In this document: piece by piece, positions 1 to 13,894 of the stretch
How positions within the stretch are numbered: position 1 is the first letter of the stretch
How the letters are laid out: every line of letters begins with the position of its first letter
Assembly (NCBI RefSeq): GCF_009914755.1
Contig: NC_060930.1
Length of the DNA: 64,000 nt
Origin: the human T2T-CHM13v2.0 reference genome, Homo sapiens
Strand: one strand, 5' to 3'
Notes under the pieces: generated by a model
What the model was told of the DNA's origin: nothing
Seen by the model: only the letters and a program-made list of their open reading frames with translations
The model's database searches: none
Translations under genes and position numbers: made by a program

Positions 1-150
1 AGCCAGGCATTGTGGCACATGCCTGTGGGTCTGAGGTGGGAGGATTGCTTGAGCCTGGAAGGTGGGGTTTTCAGTGAGCTGAGATTGTGCCACTGCACTC
101 CAGCGTGGATGACAGAGTGAGATCCCATCTCGAAAAATAAATAAATAAAT
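1..150 (+). mobile_element. Alu (AluJ-like) right arm with A-rich tail
   Basis: GAGGTGGGAGGATTGCTTGAGCC...CACTGCACTCCAGC...(AAAT)n tail. Confidence 0.85.
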
Positions 151-1042
151 ATAGAATGGAAAATACATTCTTTACATCACATTACAATTTTTTTTGTAAT
201 TGTAATGATAATTACAATTACAAAACGAGACAGAACAGGGTCTCGTTCTGTCAACTAAGCTGGGGTGGAGTGGTGTGATCACTGCAACCTTAAACTCCTG
301 TGCTCAAGCAATCCTCTTGCTTCTGCCTCCCAAAATGCTGGGATTAAAGGTGTGAGCTGCTGCCACCACATCCAGCTATACTACAAATTTTAAAGTCTTC
401 CAAATATCACAAACAAAAATCAGAAAAATAACAAAATATTTTTATTATTTAACTGCCTGACTCCTCTATAGTAACTCTCCCCTAATTTGTTGGCTTTATG
501 TTCTTGGACTGCTTCTTTGTATGTTAATTTCATAATTTAAATTTTTCTAGAAAGAATAAAAAGTTAATGTAGCCATTCCTCTAGCATGGTTGATCAAAAG
601 CTTTTTAAAATTGTTGACATTTGAGTAAACTTCTATCAAGTTTCTTTCAATTATGAGCTACAAGATTTCAGGACATTCAAATTTTTTTATGTGGGGACTA
701 ATCTGAGAATCTCTGTGTTGATGACACATTAACTAGTTGGTCTTAGATGTCCTCATTGTCAATGGCATATTATGATGTCTTTGTCAATATCAGTATTTTA
801 TGTAAAATGTGCAAGAAATTTAAATCTCTTTTCAATGTGTTCAGTGATTCACTTTTCTTCACTAGAGAATTAATCCAAGAGCATATTTTTTTACTGTATT
901 CAAAGTTTAGCTTTTTTTCTTAATGAGTTGCTGATTTTATATAATTTGACATTGTTTCTTTTGTTATAATTTGCTTCCTGATGTCAGAATAATTTCCATT
1001 GATTTTATTATCTTTATTTCTTTTGTTTCTCACATTCCATTA

Positions 1043-1337
1043 ATTTTTTTTGGCAGGGGAGTGGGGAAGGAGTCATGCTCTATTTCCCAGGATGGAGTGC
1101 AGTGGCTCGATCTCAGCTCACTGCAACTTCTGCCTCCCAGGTTCAAGCGATTCTCATACCTCGAGTATCTGGGATTACAGGCATGTGCCACCACGCCTGG
1201 CAAATTTTGTATTTTTAGTAGAAACGGGGTTTCGCCGTGTTGGCCAGGCTGGTCTCAAACTCCTGACCTCAGGTGATCTGCCCACCTTGGCCTTCCAATG
1301 TGCTGGGATTACAGGCATGAGCCACCACGCCTAGCCT
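1043..1337 (-). mobile_element. AluS element
   Basis: Antisense Alu dimer; CCATTAATTTTT on both flanks (TSD). Confidence 0.9.
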
Positions 1338-1938
1338 CCATTAATTTTTAAATTTAAATTTGCTCTCAGTTCTTTAATAAATTATTTAATTTTGTAATTT
1401 AGCATTTATTGCTTAAATCATGCCAAAATATCTTTTCAAATTGTAGTTAAAATGACTTATTTCTAAGATAGTGTCCCCTTACCAGATGCTAAAATTCTCT
1501 ATTGTTATTTCAGTGCCACTCAACAAGAGAAAAATAAGAGATGGGGAGTCAGAAATGGAAACAAACAGTGGTTTAAACACCTGTTGCTAAAATATCCATT
1601 TTTTCCCCTCAAATTTTGCAGGCATATGAACCATGTAAACACATTGCTAGGTATCATTCCAGGCCAGGGCATTTGAAGAAACATGCAAATGTAGAATCAC
1701 TTACACTTTATAGACTTAATCATAAACCCACTTCTGAATAAGTTAAGTGCTGCAGTGGAAATAGATAGGAATCTGATGACTGTTACAGTAATTACAATAC
1801 CCATCTTTAATTTATCACAGCCTAATTGGAAATAATATTGTATCACTTCACATTTTAGTCTTAGTTGCATATTTAACAATTTACATTTCACATATAGACA
1901 GAAAGTTATGACACTATTATTCCTTTGCTCTTGCCCAT

Positions 1939-2306
1939 TGATATGGTTTTGCTGTGTCCCCACCCAAATGTCATCTTGAATTGTTCCCATAATCCCCACA
2001 TGTGGTGGGAAGGGCCCAGTGGGAAATAATTGAATCATGGGGGCGGTTTTCTCCTTGCTATTCTCATGATACTAAGGTCTTATGAGATCTGAGGTTTTAT
2101 AAGGGGTTTCCCCCTTCACTCTGTTCTCTTCTTCTCTCTCCTGCTGCCATGTGAAGAAGAACATGTTGCTTCTCCTTCTGCCATGATTGTAAGTTTCCTG
2201 AGGTCTCCCCAGCCATGCTGAACTGTGAGTCAATTAAACCTCCTCTCTTTATAAATTACCCAGTCTTGGGTATTTCTTTATAGCAGCATGACAACAGACT
2301 AAAACA
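1939..2306 (+). mobile_element. THE1 (ERVL-MaLR) solo LTR
   Basis: Starts TGATATGGTTT.GCTGTGTCCCCACCCAAAT, ends CAGACTAAAACA; 5-bp TSD CCCAT on both sides. Confidence 0.9.
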
Positions 2307-2877
2307 CCCATCTTTTGTAGTATTCTTATATATTTTACTTCTCTGTACATTATAACTGCCAGCTTAAAATGATATTATTTTTGCTTTAAATGATCACTTG
2401 TTTTTTAAGGAAATTAACTAAAAAGCAAGGCTTTTATATTCACATACATATTCACCATTCTGATGCTCTTAATTCCTTCTTGTAGATCTGAGTTTCCAGC
2501 TGTCACTTCCCTTCAGACTGAAGTTTTTTGTTTTTCTTTAGTGTTTGGTTTTGGTTTTGGTTTGGTTGGTTGGCTTGCAGTGCAGGTGCAAGTCTGCTGG
2601 AGAAGTATTTTTCAGCTTTCATTTAATAGAAAATGTCTTTATTTCACTCTTATTTTTGAAGGACATTTCCACTGGATTTAAAATTCTGGGTTAGGAGTTA
2701 CAAGAGAAAGATGGCAGAATAGGAAGTATTAGCCCTGTTCCCCTGCAGAAACGCTGATTAACAATTATATATGGATCAATATATCCTTATGAGAATTCCA
2801 GAATCAAGTTAAAAAGTTGCAGTACCCCAGGTGAGCTCAAATCCAAAACAGCTACATTGAAATTTCACTTTACACAA

Positions 2878-3238
2878 TGTCTTAGTCTATTCAGGCTGCT
2901 GTAACAAAATACCTTAAACTGAGTAATTTATAAACAATAGAAATTCGTTGCTCACAGTCCTGAAGGCTGAGAAGTCCAAGGCCAAGGCAATAGCAGATTT
3001 GGCATACAGTGAAAGCTTCTCTCTACTTTATAGATATGGTGCCTTCTATGTGTCCTCTTCTGGTGGATGGGGCAAACAGGCTCCCTCTAGCCTTTTCTTA
3101 TAGGGCGCTAACCCCATTCATGAGGGCAGAACTCTCATTACCTAATCACTCCCAAGTCCTCACCTTTTAATGCCATCACCTTAGGGGCTAGGTTTAAACA
3201 TAAGAATTTTGGGGGAACACAAACTTCAGACCATAGGA
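2878..3238 (-). mobile_element. MLT1A-like MaLR LTR
   Basis: Plus strand TGTCTTAGTCTATTCAGGCTGCTGTAACAAAATACC...TTTTGGGGGAACACAAAC...CCATAG matches the reverse complement of MLT1A-type LTRs (recall). Confidence 0.7.
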
Positions 3239-5165
3239 CTCATGTCAGCCCTTCCCCCAAGTGGGCACAGCTCAGAGCTAGGAGAGAATGTCTTGGCTTA
3301 TGACTTCTTCCTTGGGAGAAAGAAAAAATTGGAGCATGCATCCTCTGTTCTGGCTCTTTGGAGGGTGGCCCAAGGGACTGGTTTCTATCTTACCTCATTT
3401 GGAGAGCTGATGGAACTGTCATGGTTTGGATGCCTGGGGGCTGCTAAAAACAAAGAAAAGCTGGGGTAGCTTACAACCTGCATAAACAACCCTGAGAAAT
3501 GGCGTGGGCAAAAGAATGGTCAGGGCTTTGCGTTGTTGGCATACACTGTAAGATGTGTAGGAACACAAAAGGCCCTAGAAGGAATGTTCTTCTAATTTTT
3601 TTTTTAGAATTTAGGTAGAAAACGTATTTATAATGACTTTGAAATAGTACAGTTGTTTTTGAGGACCACAGATGCATTGGAAGAAGGCAATGGAATTGGG
3701 TGATTATGAATGTAAGGCAAAGTGAAAAATTCAGAGACATCCCTGACACCATATAAAGAGTCTCCTTCAGCCAGAAGGGCAGCAAAGGCTGAGGATCAGG
3801 CCTGGGGCTCACCTGAATGTGTGGCAGAGCTCGAGAAAAGATGTCACATCCAGCAGGCCTGCTAAGCTAATGCCAGAGAGCTAATTGGAAAGGAATGGAA
3901 CTCTGCGATTTAGGATAGGGATATCTAGGCCAAAGCACCAAAAAGTCTCGACTCCTCAGATTCTCCTGAACCCTGTGGACCTTCAAAAGTATCCCATTCC
4001 TCCCTAGTGTTCTCTACTTGCTTGAAGATGATGTGCCTGCTCAGGACACACCCCACCACCACACCTGGACACTACGTTAGTTCCTAGGGTTACATCACAG
4101 CAAAATCTGGCTAGATAAGTACTGGGTCTGCAAAGGGAGTAAAAACACTATCTACCAAAGTTGCAGTAGGACCTAGCCAACATGTAGTGTCAGAACCTAG
4201 GAACACACATATAGAATTGGATCCTAAGAGAGCTGGATCAACAGGAATCTGATATATAAAGTTGGATAAGAAAGAGTGTATCAAGATAGAGGCACTCTAC
4301 TATGATTTAATATTCTGGCAAGGGCCCTGGGAGATGTTGCTTATATACAGATGGCTATTGTTTGATCCACAGTACTTTTTTAAAAATCAAGGGTAAGTGA
4401 TAAGGCTGAGGGCAACTATCATAATAAAACATCTCAAGTCCTTCTGCAGTTTTTGGACTACAGCTAGTTCTCAGAACTGGCTGTGTCCCGAAGAGGAAAG
4501 ACCATGTAGCACTAAACCAAATAGCATATGGAACATTTCTCCAACTCTTCTACAGAGAGACTGCAGTCAGGACATTTATTTAGTTAGATATATATTGGAG
4601 AAAGGGGGAATATCCAAAGCTTTTTAGGATGAACCTTTTACACAGTGTGAGTTGACATTGATACCTAGGTACCCAGAGTGTCATTGTGGCCCCCTGTTAG
4701 GATGTGGTCATATAGGGGCCAGATAAGAAATAAAGTTCTGGCCCAGATAAGGCTCATAGTGGGTCCACAGACACTCTCTGCCTGCATTGATCATTTCTCT
4801 CATTTCTGAATATAAAACTGGAATGAACATATTTGAGTTGGAGTAACCCCATATTGATCATTTGGGCTAGGGTTTATTATAGAATTATTGTACTGGAAAA
4901 AGCCAAGTGGTAGTTTCTGAAACTGCTACCCATTCCCCAAACAAAAGAGTACTCAGAAAAAAATTTTTTGCATCCCAATGGGAGTGGAAAGGTTAATATC
5001 AATCTTAAAGATGAAAAGAATGAAGGGTGGTAGACATGATCATCCCCCACCTTTTCTCACCAGCCCCCTACAAAGCCAGGCAGACTCTAAAGAATGACAG
5101 TTAACTACTGCAAACTCAACCAACTAGTAGCCCCAGTTGCAGCTACAATGCTATATGCTGCATAT

Positions 5166-5474
5166 TTTCTTTTCTTTTTTTTTTTCTTTCTTTTTTTTTT
5201 TTTTTTTTGAGATGGAGTCTCGCTCTGTCGCCCAGGCTGGAGTGCAGTCGCGGGATCTCGGCTCACTGCAAGCTCTGCCTCCCGGGTTCATGCCATTCTC
5301 CTGCTGGGACTACAGGCGCCCACCACCATGCCCGGCTAATATTTTGTATTTCGTTTAGTAGAAACGGGGTTTCACCGTGTTAGCCAGGATAGTCTTGATC
5401 TCCTGACCTCATGATCCGCCCGCCTTGGCCTCCCAAAGTGTTGGGATTACAGGTGTGAGCCACTGTGCCTGGCC
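5166..5474 (-). mobile_element. AluY with ~18-bp internal deletion
   Basis: AluY diagnostics (GCAAGCTCTGCCTCCCGGGTTCATGCCATTC; ACCGTGTTAGCCAGGAT); TTCTCCTG joins directly to CTGGGACTAC; imperfect TSD TATATGC...ATATTT. Confidence 0.85.
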
Positions 5475-6494
5475 TATATGCAGTATATTTTCTATAACAG
5501 ATTAATATGACCTCAGGTATATAATGTGTAGTCATTGATTTGGTAAATGCATTCTTTTCCATCCCTCTTAGAAAGGAGGAACAAAAGCATGAAAAGATGG
5601 ACAAAGGTTTCCATTTCTGGTTGTTTCCCAGGGGCTATGTTATCTCTCCTGCCCCTTATCATATTATAGTCAGAAGGGATCTGGACTAAAGATACAATTC
5701 TAAGGGTGTTATATTGGTTCACTCTACTGATAATGTATTATTCAGACCACATGAGCAAAATGTGATATGTTGGAGGCCTTGATAAGATACATTTTCTACA
5801 GAAGCAGGGAAATATATTCAATGAAGATGTAAGTGGAAAGGTAGGGCTGTCACACGGGTTTTTTGGCCTCCTTTTTCTAAGACATCAGCAGACAAGAAAA
5901 GGAGTCACTACCTTGGCAGGAGTTGATGGTTCCAATATATCTTCAATGATATATTCAATGAAGAATTATTATAGTTCTATCAGATCCACCAAGATATCAG
6001 ATTGGATGGGTCCAGCAACAGTGCATCATAAGATGTGTGTGGTATGTTCAGCACTGGACATGTGCAGGACTAGAGGACAGATAAGCTTTCTGAGTGGGTG
6101 GCCCACATGTTCCTGTCATCCATCTCAACCACACTAGCACCTATCTTTGAGCTCATCCCTGTGACTATCTGAGTGTGTGATAGTTGTGATTGGTGGAGGT
6201 TCCTTATGACTAATTGACAAAGGAGGAAAAATACTGAGTTTGGATTATTTGGATTAAGTATCATGGTATGTTACTAAAGGCTGAAAATGGATGGTGGCTA
6301 TCTTAGAACTCCTCTCAGATGTGATCCTGGCATTAGTAGTCAAGGGAATTCCACCCAGTGGGCAGAGTTTTGAATGGTACACCTAGTTAGGTGCACTTAG
6401 TTATCTTTGTGGCTACAGGTAAAAATATATATAGTACATTTAGGGTAATGATGAATGTCTTGCTGGTTTTTAGGGAACTAGAAGAAAAAAATTG

Positions 6495-6885
<391 letters not shown>

Positions 6886-7985
6886 CTATAAGAGTGGGAA
6901 GAAAGTCCCTGTACACATTAAAACTCATTATAGAATATTCACCATGGAAAAGGCAATGAACAAATAAGCAGACAGAATGACCTTGCTGGTTTATATTAAC
7001 CAGCCTCCATCATTAGCTACCCCAGTGCTGGCAGGATGGACTCATGGACAAGGTAAACATAGCAGCAGAGATGGAGGCTATCTATGCCTAACAGCATGGT
7101 CCCTCCCCGCTCAGTGGTGCCTGGCTACAACTGAATGTCCAACTTACTTGCAACAAAAATTAATATTGAGTATTGATATGATACAACATCATGAGGGGAC
7201 CAATCCCATCAGTGGCAAGTGATTCATTTTGACTAGAATTAACACATATTCTAGGTGTGGGTTTGCCTTTTCTGGTCATAGGACTCAGCTAGTACTATTA
7301 TCCAAGAACATACAGAATCATTGATCCACTGACATAGGATCTGGCATAACTTTACATGGGTTCAAAGGAGGTGTAGCAGTGAGCACATGACCATGGGATC
7401 CACTGGTTCTATCACACACTTAGCCACCAGGAACATGCTGGCCAGATAGAGCAATGGAACAACCTTTGAAAGCATAGCTAAAGTGCCAACTTACATATGA
7501 TACCCTGAAACAATGGGGTGTCATCCTCCAGAGCAAAGTATAAACACCCTAAGACAATAATTATTATGTAGTGTTTGTTTCCTAGTATGCAACTATGCGT
7601 GCCTGGGAACAAAGGAGTAGAGGTAGAAGTAGCTCTGAATTCCCTCACTCCTAGAGACCCACATAGGGAAAGATGTGCTTTCTATGTACCCTCTTGATTC
7701 TAGGCTCCGTGAGTTCAAAAGTCTTTATTCCTAGAAGAACACTTTCACCATGACAAACAGGGAGTCCCTGTAAATGGAAAGGTAGGGCTGCCACACAGAT
7801 TTTTTTGCCTCCTTTTTCTGACATCAGCACACAAGAAGAGGAGTCACCACCCTGGCAGAAGTTGATGGTTCCAATATCAAGAGAAGGTAAGGCTGCTGTT
7901 ACACAGTGGGGACAGGGAAAAATGAAGTTTGTCACTCAAGTTATCCATTAGGTGTTCTCTTGCTTCTTGCTTCTCCTCAGTACAA

Positions 7986-7987
<2 letters not shown>

Positions 7988-8023
<36 letters not shown>

Positions 8024-8310
8024 GAGTCTCACTCTCTGTCTCCCAGGCTGGAGTGCAGTGTGCAATGGCGTGATCTCAGCTCACTACAACCTCTGCCTCC
8101 CAGGTTCAAGCGATTCTCATGTCTCAGCCTCCTGAGTAGCTGGGATTACAGGCACCCACTACCACACCTGCTAATTTTTGTAGTTTTAGTAGAGACGGGG
8201 TTTCACCATGTTGTCCAGGCTAGTCTTGAACTCCTGACCTCAAGTGATCCACCCATCTCAGCCTCTCAAAGTGCTGGGATTACAGGTGTGAGGCACGGCA
8301 CTCAGCCTCC
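7988..8310 (-). mobile_element. AluS element
   Basis: Poly-T followed by an antisense Alu dimer. Confidence 0.9.
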
Positions 8311-9369
8311 TTGGTACAGTCTTTATTATTAAATGGACAAGTGCAGCAGCCACAATTGAGAGGAACATAGTTACCAGAGTGTTTTGGTCACCTACAAGGT
8401 AAACTACCTAAATGAACAAAGATGATAGTAAAGGATGAGGGGAATCTAGAATGGATAGTAGAGGAGAGAGACAGTAAATATCCTTTATGACTTTAAGATA
8501 TGCTACAACACTAGGAACTGTAAATCTTTCTACTAATCTATTCTTATAAATTTCCTCAGAAAGAAAGAATAATTCTGGAATAGTTATTTCCATTTCTTAC
8601 TATACCAAACGAACAGGAGAGTAGGTAGCTGATGTCTCTTAATTGAGCCTGTCTCTGGGAATTTTCCTTGGTCAAAAAGTTGCCTCACAGAAGGTTACCT
8701 TCCTTCCACCTTATACCCCTTACATCAAGGCAAGGCAATTCTTAAGGACTGTCCCATCCCTTGAGCTCCTGAGAGGATCAGCTGGAGCCTCTCTTGTAAC
8801 TGCACCACAGTTCAACTACTCTGCCTAGCCCTATTTCTTTAACTTCTTGTGTTATTCCTGAAAGCACAGCTCAGTAAAATTCTTGCTTAAAAATCCCAGA
8901 GTAACCTTATCTCTGATACCCTCTCTTGTTCACTCCACCTCAGCCAATCTGGCTCCCTTGCTGTTTCCTCTACCGGGAACACTTCCTTAGATATGCACAG
9001 GGCTAACCCCTTCATCTCCTTCAGATCTTGGCCAGAATGTCACTAGACTTACACCATCTTATTTGTATTGCAGTTAGCCCCCTCTCATGCCAGGACTTCT
9101 GATCTCTCTACCCTGATTTTCTTCTTTTTCTTCCTCTCCTTCCCCTTTTTAAAAATCGCAGTGCTTATCAACTTCCATTCCAGTTTATGTATTTATTTAT
9201 TCTGCTTAATTCTTTTGTTTGTTTTTGTTTATTATTATTATTTTTTTGGCTCAGTCTCCCCTGGAACATTAGCTCTATGAGAACAGGGGTCTTTACCTTT
9301 TATTGCCCTTGTTATATCCTGAGCATCTAAAGCTATGTCTGGCCTAGACTAGTCAATTAACATTTTTGT

Positions 9370-11050
9370 TTATGTACAAGAGCTCCTACAGGGTAAGTAC
9401 TTTGAAGCTGCTGGGCGTGTGTATCATTTTCAGGTTTACCATATATTTCAACTTTACTATATATTTCAAAATTGCTTTTTTAGATGAGTGTACCAATTTA
9501 TAGTCCCAGCAACTGTGTATGACAGTCTCAAAATTTTCACATTCTTATCAGCAAATGTTATTACTCAGGTGTTGGTATAAAATGATTTAAAATTTGCCTT
9601 TATTTAATTGCTAATGATTAACTGTATATGCTATGTTTATTGGTCATTCGAGATTCCTCTCTGGGAATTGCCTGTGCATATTTTTTGCCATTTTTTTTCT
9701 GTATGATTGTTGGCTTTTTTCTCTCTTATTCATTTGTAGATGTTCATTATATATTCAGTGGACTGATCCTTTGTTGACTATATGTGTTGCAAATATCTTC
9801 TCCCAACCTTTTAATTTAATTGTCTTTTCCATTAGTTTCTAGTATCTTTTGATATAGTTTTAATTTTTAATGAGGTCAAATTTATTTATTGTTTTCCTTA
9901 TAGTTTGTATGTTTATGCAGTTTAAAAGAAATCTTGTTTTACTTGAGCTCATAAAAAAATGATTCTATAGAAGCAAACTTGTGAATAGAAAAAAGAGCAA
10001 TTATTCTAAATTTTCTTTTAAAAGTCTGAAAGTTAGCTGACTGGAATTGATTTTTTGTGCAACATATAAAGTAGAAACCCAATTTTATTTCATTTTTCCA
10101 TTTAGATATCCAAATATTACAGTACTATTTGTCAAGTAGCTCCTTTATTCCTCACTGATTTGTAATGCAATTTCCACCATATATCAAGCATCCACACATA
10201 CATGTTTGTTGCTCAGTCCTCAGTTCTGTTTCATTGGTCTATTTGTCTGTAGTTGTGCCAATACTATATTGTCTTAGCTGCTATAATTTTATAATAAATT
10301 ATATAGGGCAAGTTTCTGCAGCTCCTTCATTTGTTTTAAAAATGTCTTGGATTCGTGACTCTTTCATTATTCCATATACATTTAAAATCAACTAGTCAAG
10401 TTCCACTGAGCACAATTGGAATCTTGATTTGCTTTGTACTGGATTTGTGTATCAATTTAGGAAGGAATGATATCTTTATGATATTGAGTTCTCATATATA
10501 TAGGTGTATATACATGTCTCATATACAGGTGTATACACATGTCTTATATACATAGGTGTATATACATGTCTTATACATAGGTGTATATACATGTCTCATA
10601 TACATAGGTGTATATACATGTCTCATATACATAGGTGTATATACATGTCTCATATACATAGGTGTATATACATGTCTCATATACATAGGTGTATATACAT
10701 GTCTCATATACATAGGTGTATATACATGTCTCATATACATAGGTGTATATATATGTCTCATATATAGGTGTATATATATGTCTCATATATATAGGTGTAT
10801 ATATATGTCTCATATATATAGGTATATATTTCAACTACTTATCCCTAATGAATAAAGTTACTAATGTTTCCATTCAGGTATCTTTTGTAAGTATTTGCTT
10901 CTGTGATAGATGTCTTTTAAAAATTCTATTTTTATAATTTTGATGGAGAATGTGATTGTGAACATGAATTTTAAAAAGTCCAGCCAACTTGCTAAACTCT
11001 CTTATTAATCATCATAATTTGAGTGTTAGATTATCTTGGATTTTTTATGT
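9370..11050 (-). mobile_element. Old L1M fragments (antisense)
   Basis: T-rich sequence with L1 ORF2/3' antisense motifs (TATGTGTTGCAAATATCTTCTCCCA; TCATTGGTCTATTTGTCTGT). Confidence 0.6.
10490..10829. repeat. 27-bp minisatellite, ~12.5 copies
   Basis: Unit CATATACATAGGTGTATATACATGTCT, near-perfect core copies with variant ends. Confidence 0.95.
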
Positions 11051-11399
11051 AAACCACGCAGCATGTTCCTTAAAATTTATGTATTTAGAATTCATATTCT
11101 AATTAGGCAATGCAATCAACTCTAAAATTAAAAGTACATTTAAAACATGCACCCTAACACTTTCCTTCTCACTCTTGTCCCCGTTTTCACTCAGTTTCTG
11201 ACCGTTCACCTCTCGTAGGTAACCACCATTATTAATTTTCCGATTTTTCCAGGGCTTCTTTGTGCCACACACGCACACATAATTTAGATTCTTTTTACTC
11301 TCTTCTATTCGCAAATATAGCAAATTATGAAAATAATTCTGCACCTTGCCTTTCTCCCTTAGTTATAGCTGGAAAAATAAAAATTTAAAAGCCTCTTTA

Positions 11400-11647
11400 A
11401 TAGCAAAAGGGGAGGGGACACAAGGTGCCGAGCTAGCAAACGACAGAGTCTGTCAGGGAGGTGGCTAGAGAGGCCCGGAAGTGGCTTCTGTGCCCCGCCC
11501 TGCGGGTGGTTTGCTAGTTTCAAGCACTTTGTGAGTATGGGGTGAATCGGCGTCGGCCTTCCACTGTGGGGTTAAATCTCATCCCGCGGCTCTCCTCCTG
11601 TCGGTCCTGCAGTTCTTTTGTCCCCGGGTAGAGGTGCGTTTGCAGGA

Positions 11648-11692
<45 letters not shown>

Positions 11693-11900
11693 TGGAGAGA
11701 GGCCCTTCCCTCCCCAGTTCCTGCAGCCTCGGCTCCCAAGGAGGGAGACCCCTGCGAGAAGCCGTGGGGGAGGGAAGGGCGCTCTGCGGCGGAATGAAGT
11801 GGTCCTCGGCGTTCCTGCGTAGAGCCCAATATGGGTGTCCCTTGTTTAGGGCCGTTACCGAGTGTCCGGGTCGGTTCTTGAGGGTATTTGGAGACGGGAT
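11400..11900 (+). promoter_or_regulatory. ZKSCAN3: ZKSCAN3 CpG-rich promoter and non-coding exon 1 (donor after 11530; possible second donor after ~11633)
   Basis: ETS/GABP motif CCGGAAGTG 11475-11483, GC box GCCCCGCCC 11492-11500, donor CTTT|GTGAGT at 11530/11531, high CpG density. Confidence 0.75.
11651..11689. repeat. (TG)19 microsatellite
   Basis: Perfect TG run just downstream of exon 1. Confidence 0.95.
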
Positions 11901-12009
11901 GCATGGGTCACATAGACAAGCCTCGAGAATGGGAGCCGTTACATTTTTGCACTGCCTGGTAACAAGGTCAGTTTCAAGGTCTTTAAATTATTCTGTGGTA
12001 CTGGCCAAG

Positions 12010-12245
12010 AGCCAGAACGTTGGAGTCAGATTACCTGGTTCAAATCCTGCCTCTGCCACTTACTGGCTGTGTGACTTTTCACTAGTTCCTAAGCTCTCTC
12101 TCTGCCTCATTTTACTATTTTGTAAAATGGGGATAATATTCCCTAACTCACTGGGTTGTTGTGAGGATTGAATGCATTCGTATGGGTAAGGTGCAGAGTA
12201 AGCATGATTTAAAGATTTGCTTTTATTAGTGGTACTATTATTATT
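12010..12245. mobile_element. MIR
   Basis: GGAGTCAGA...GGTTCAAATCCTGCCTCTGCCACTTACTGGCTGTGTGAC...TGTAAAATGGGGATAAT core. Confidence 0.8.
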
Positions 12246-13149
12246 TATAACTATGATGACACATTAGTGACTGGCTTTTGTACGGTTGCTTTCAATTTTA
12301 CTGTCATTCATCAATTCACTTTGTAATGGATGATTTCTATATTTTAGGAGGGAAAAATAAGATACTCTGAAAAAGAGCCTATCCCAAAGCAAAGACCAAA
12401 ACTGGTTTGTGTTGGACGTTGTGATACTCAAACTCTCAAAGGCTTTAAGACTCGGGGGTACCTTTTCCTTGGCTGGAGATTAGGAGGAACAATAGAAGTT
12501 TTTAATAGTGAAAAAGGACTAGGACCCCTGGTTTTTGCAAAAATCTGATGTCCTGCTTAGTGCTGGAGATCCACCAGTTTTCGAGCTTCCAGGAACGCCC
12601 TAGCCTGAAACTGGCTTCATACTAACACCCTTCATTTCAACCCAACTTTTACAGGGTTAGCTCTTTCATAGACTTGTAACTCTTTTCTGTTAATGAGAAA
12701 CTTTCCTTTCCTTATCTTCAGTATATTTACTGATTTGATAAATACTTTGTGTTGGCAACCAATTTCCCAATCTTGTGCCTTCCCACTGTGATCAGTTTGG
12801 CTCAGATCCAAGTAGGGGCCAGGTAGTGAAACCTAAATGGAGTTTGTGGAATAAATGATATAAATGTATCAGTGTTGTTTTCCTGCCATAGACTTCCTCC
12901 CTTCCCCGCCGTGGACACCCTCCTCATTCCACTTGGGCTCCAGATTCACTCTGGGTTGGGCTGTGGCTCTCTCTCGCCTTCCTTGACCCTACCTTAATGC
13001 TTTTTGGCTGTATTATTCAGGAAGGAAAGAAGTTAGGACATTGTTTAATTTTCTAAAATTTTGGAGAGAAATTTAAACACATTTAATTGTAGAGAGAATG
13101 TTACAATGAACACCAATATAACCATGACTCAGCTTCAGCCATCATCTTT

Positions 13150-13370
13150 TGGTCATTTTCTTTCATTCTTCTTTTCCCTCCTTTCCACTCTCTTTCCTTC
13201 CCTTCTCCTCCTCCTTCCCTTTTGTCTCCCTCCTTCCCTTTTACTTCCTCCCTCTTTCCCTCTCTCCTTTCTTTCCCTCTCCCTCCTTTCTTTGTCTTCC
13301 TTTCCTTCCCTCCCTCTCCCCCTCTTTATCTCTTTTTTTTCCTCATTTCGTCCCTCTCTTCTCTTTCATT
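13150..13370. repeat. CT-rich low-complexity tract
   Basis: ~220 bp almost entirely pyrimidine on +. Confidence 0.85.
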
Positions 13371-13894
13371 TTATAGCAAATTGCAGATGGAAACATTTTA
13401 GTTCACTCACAAGTACAAGTACTTCAGTGTCAATTTCTTATATACAGGGACTTTTATCTTAATATAATCATAGTATCATGATCACACGCAAAAAAATTGA
13501 CAATAATTCCTTGATATCATTATCTTGATTTTCAAATAATTGTCTCAAATATTTCTAGAGTTTTTTTTTTTTACAGTCTTTTTACAGTTGTTGTTTTCAG
13601 TGGGGTCCGAATATGGTTCACCATTTGCATTTATTTGATAAGTCTGTTCAGTCTTCTAATCTATGACAGTTCCCATTCCCTCCCACTCCTTTTGGTAAAA
13701 ATGCCATTTATTTGTTGAGGAACTTGAACCTTCTGTTTTATAAAATGCCTCACATTCTGGATTTGGTCGATTGCTTCTTTTTAGTATCTTTAACTTATTA
13801 GATCTCAAACTCAGCTGCACATCAGAATGACCTAGAAAGTTTTAAAAGTTATTGATGTATTAAAAGTCCCACCCCCAGAGAGTGATTTAATTGA

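Noticed and set aside
971-1334. Alu-derived ORFs here and at many other Alus (e.g. 8060, 34144, 38814, 53594)
   Set aside because: Standard Alu translations ([16 protein letters not shown] etc.), not genes
10504-10937. Several overlapping repetitive ORFs (HRCIYMSHI, IYIGVYTCL, YMRHVYTPM)
   Set aside because: Artefacts of a 27-bp (9-codon) minisatellite; no splice or start context
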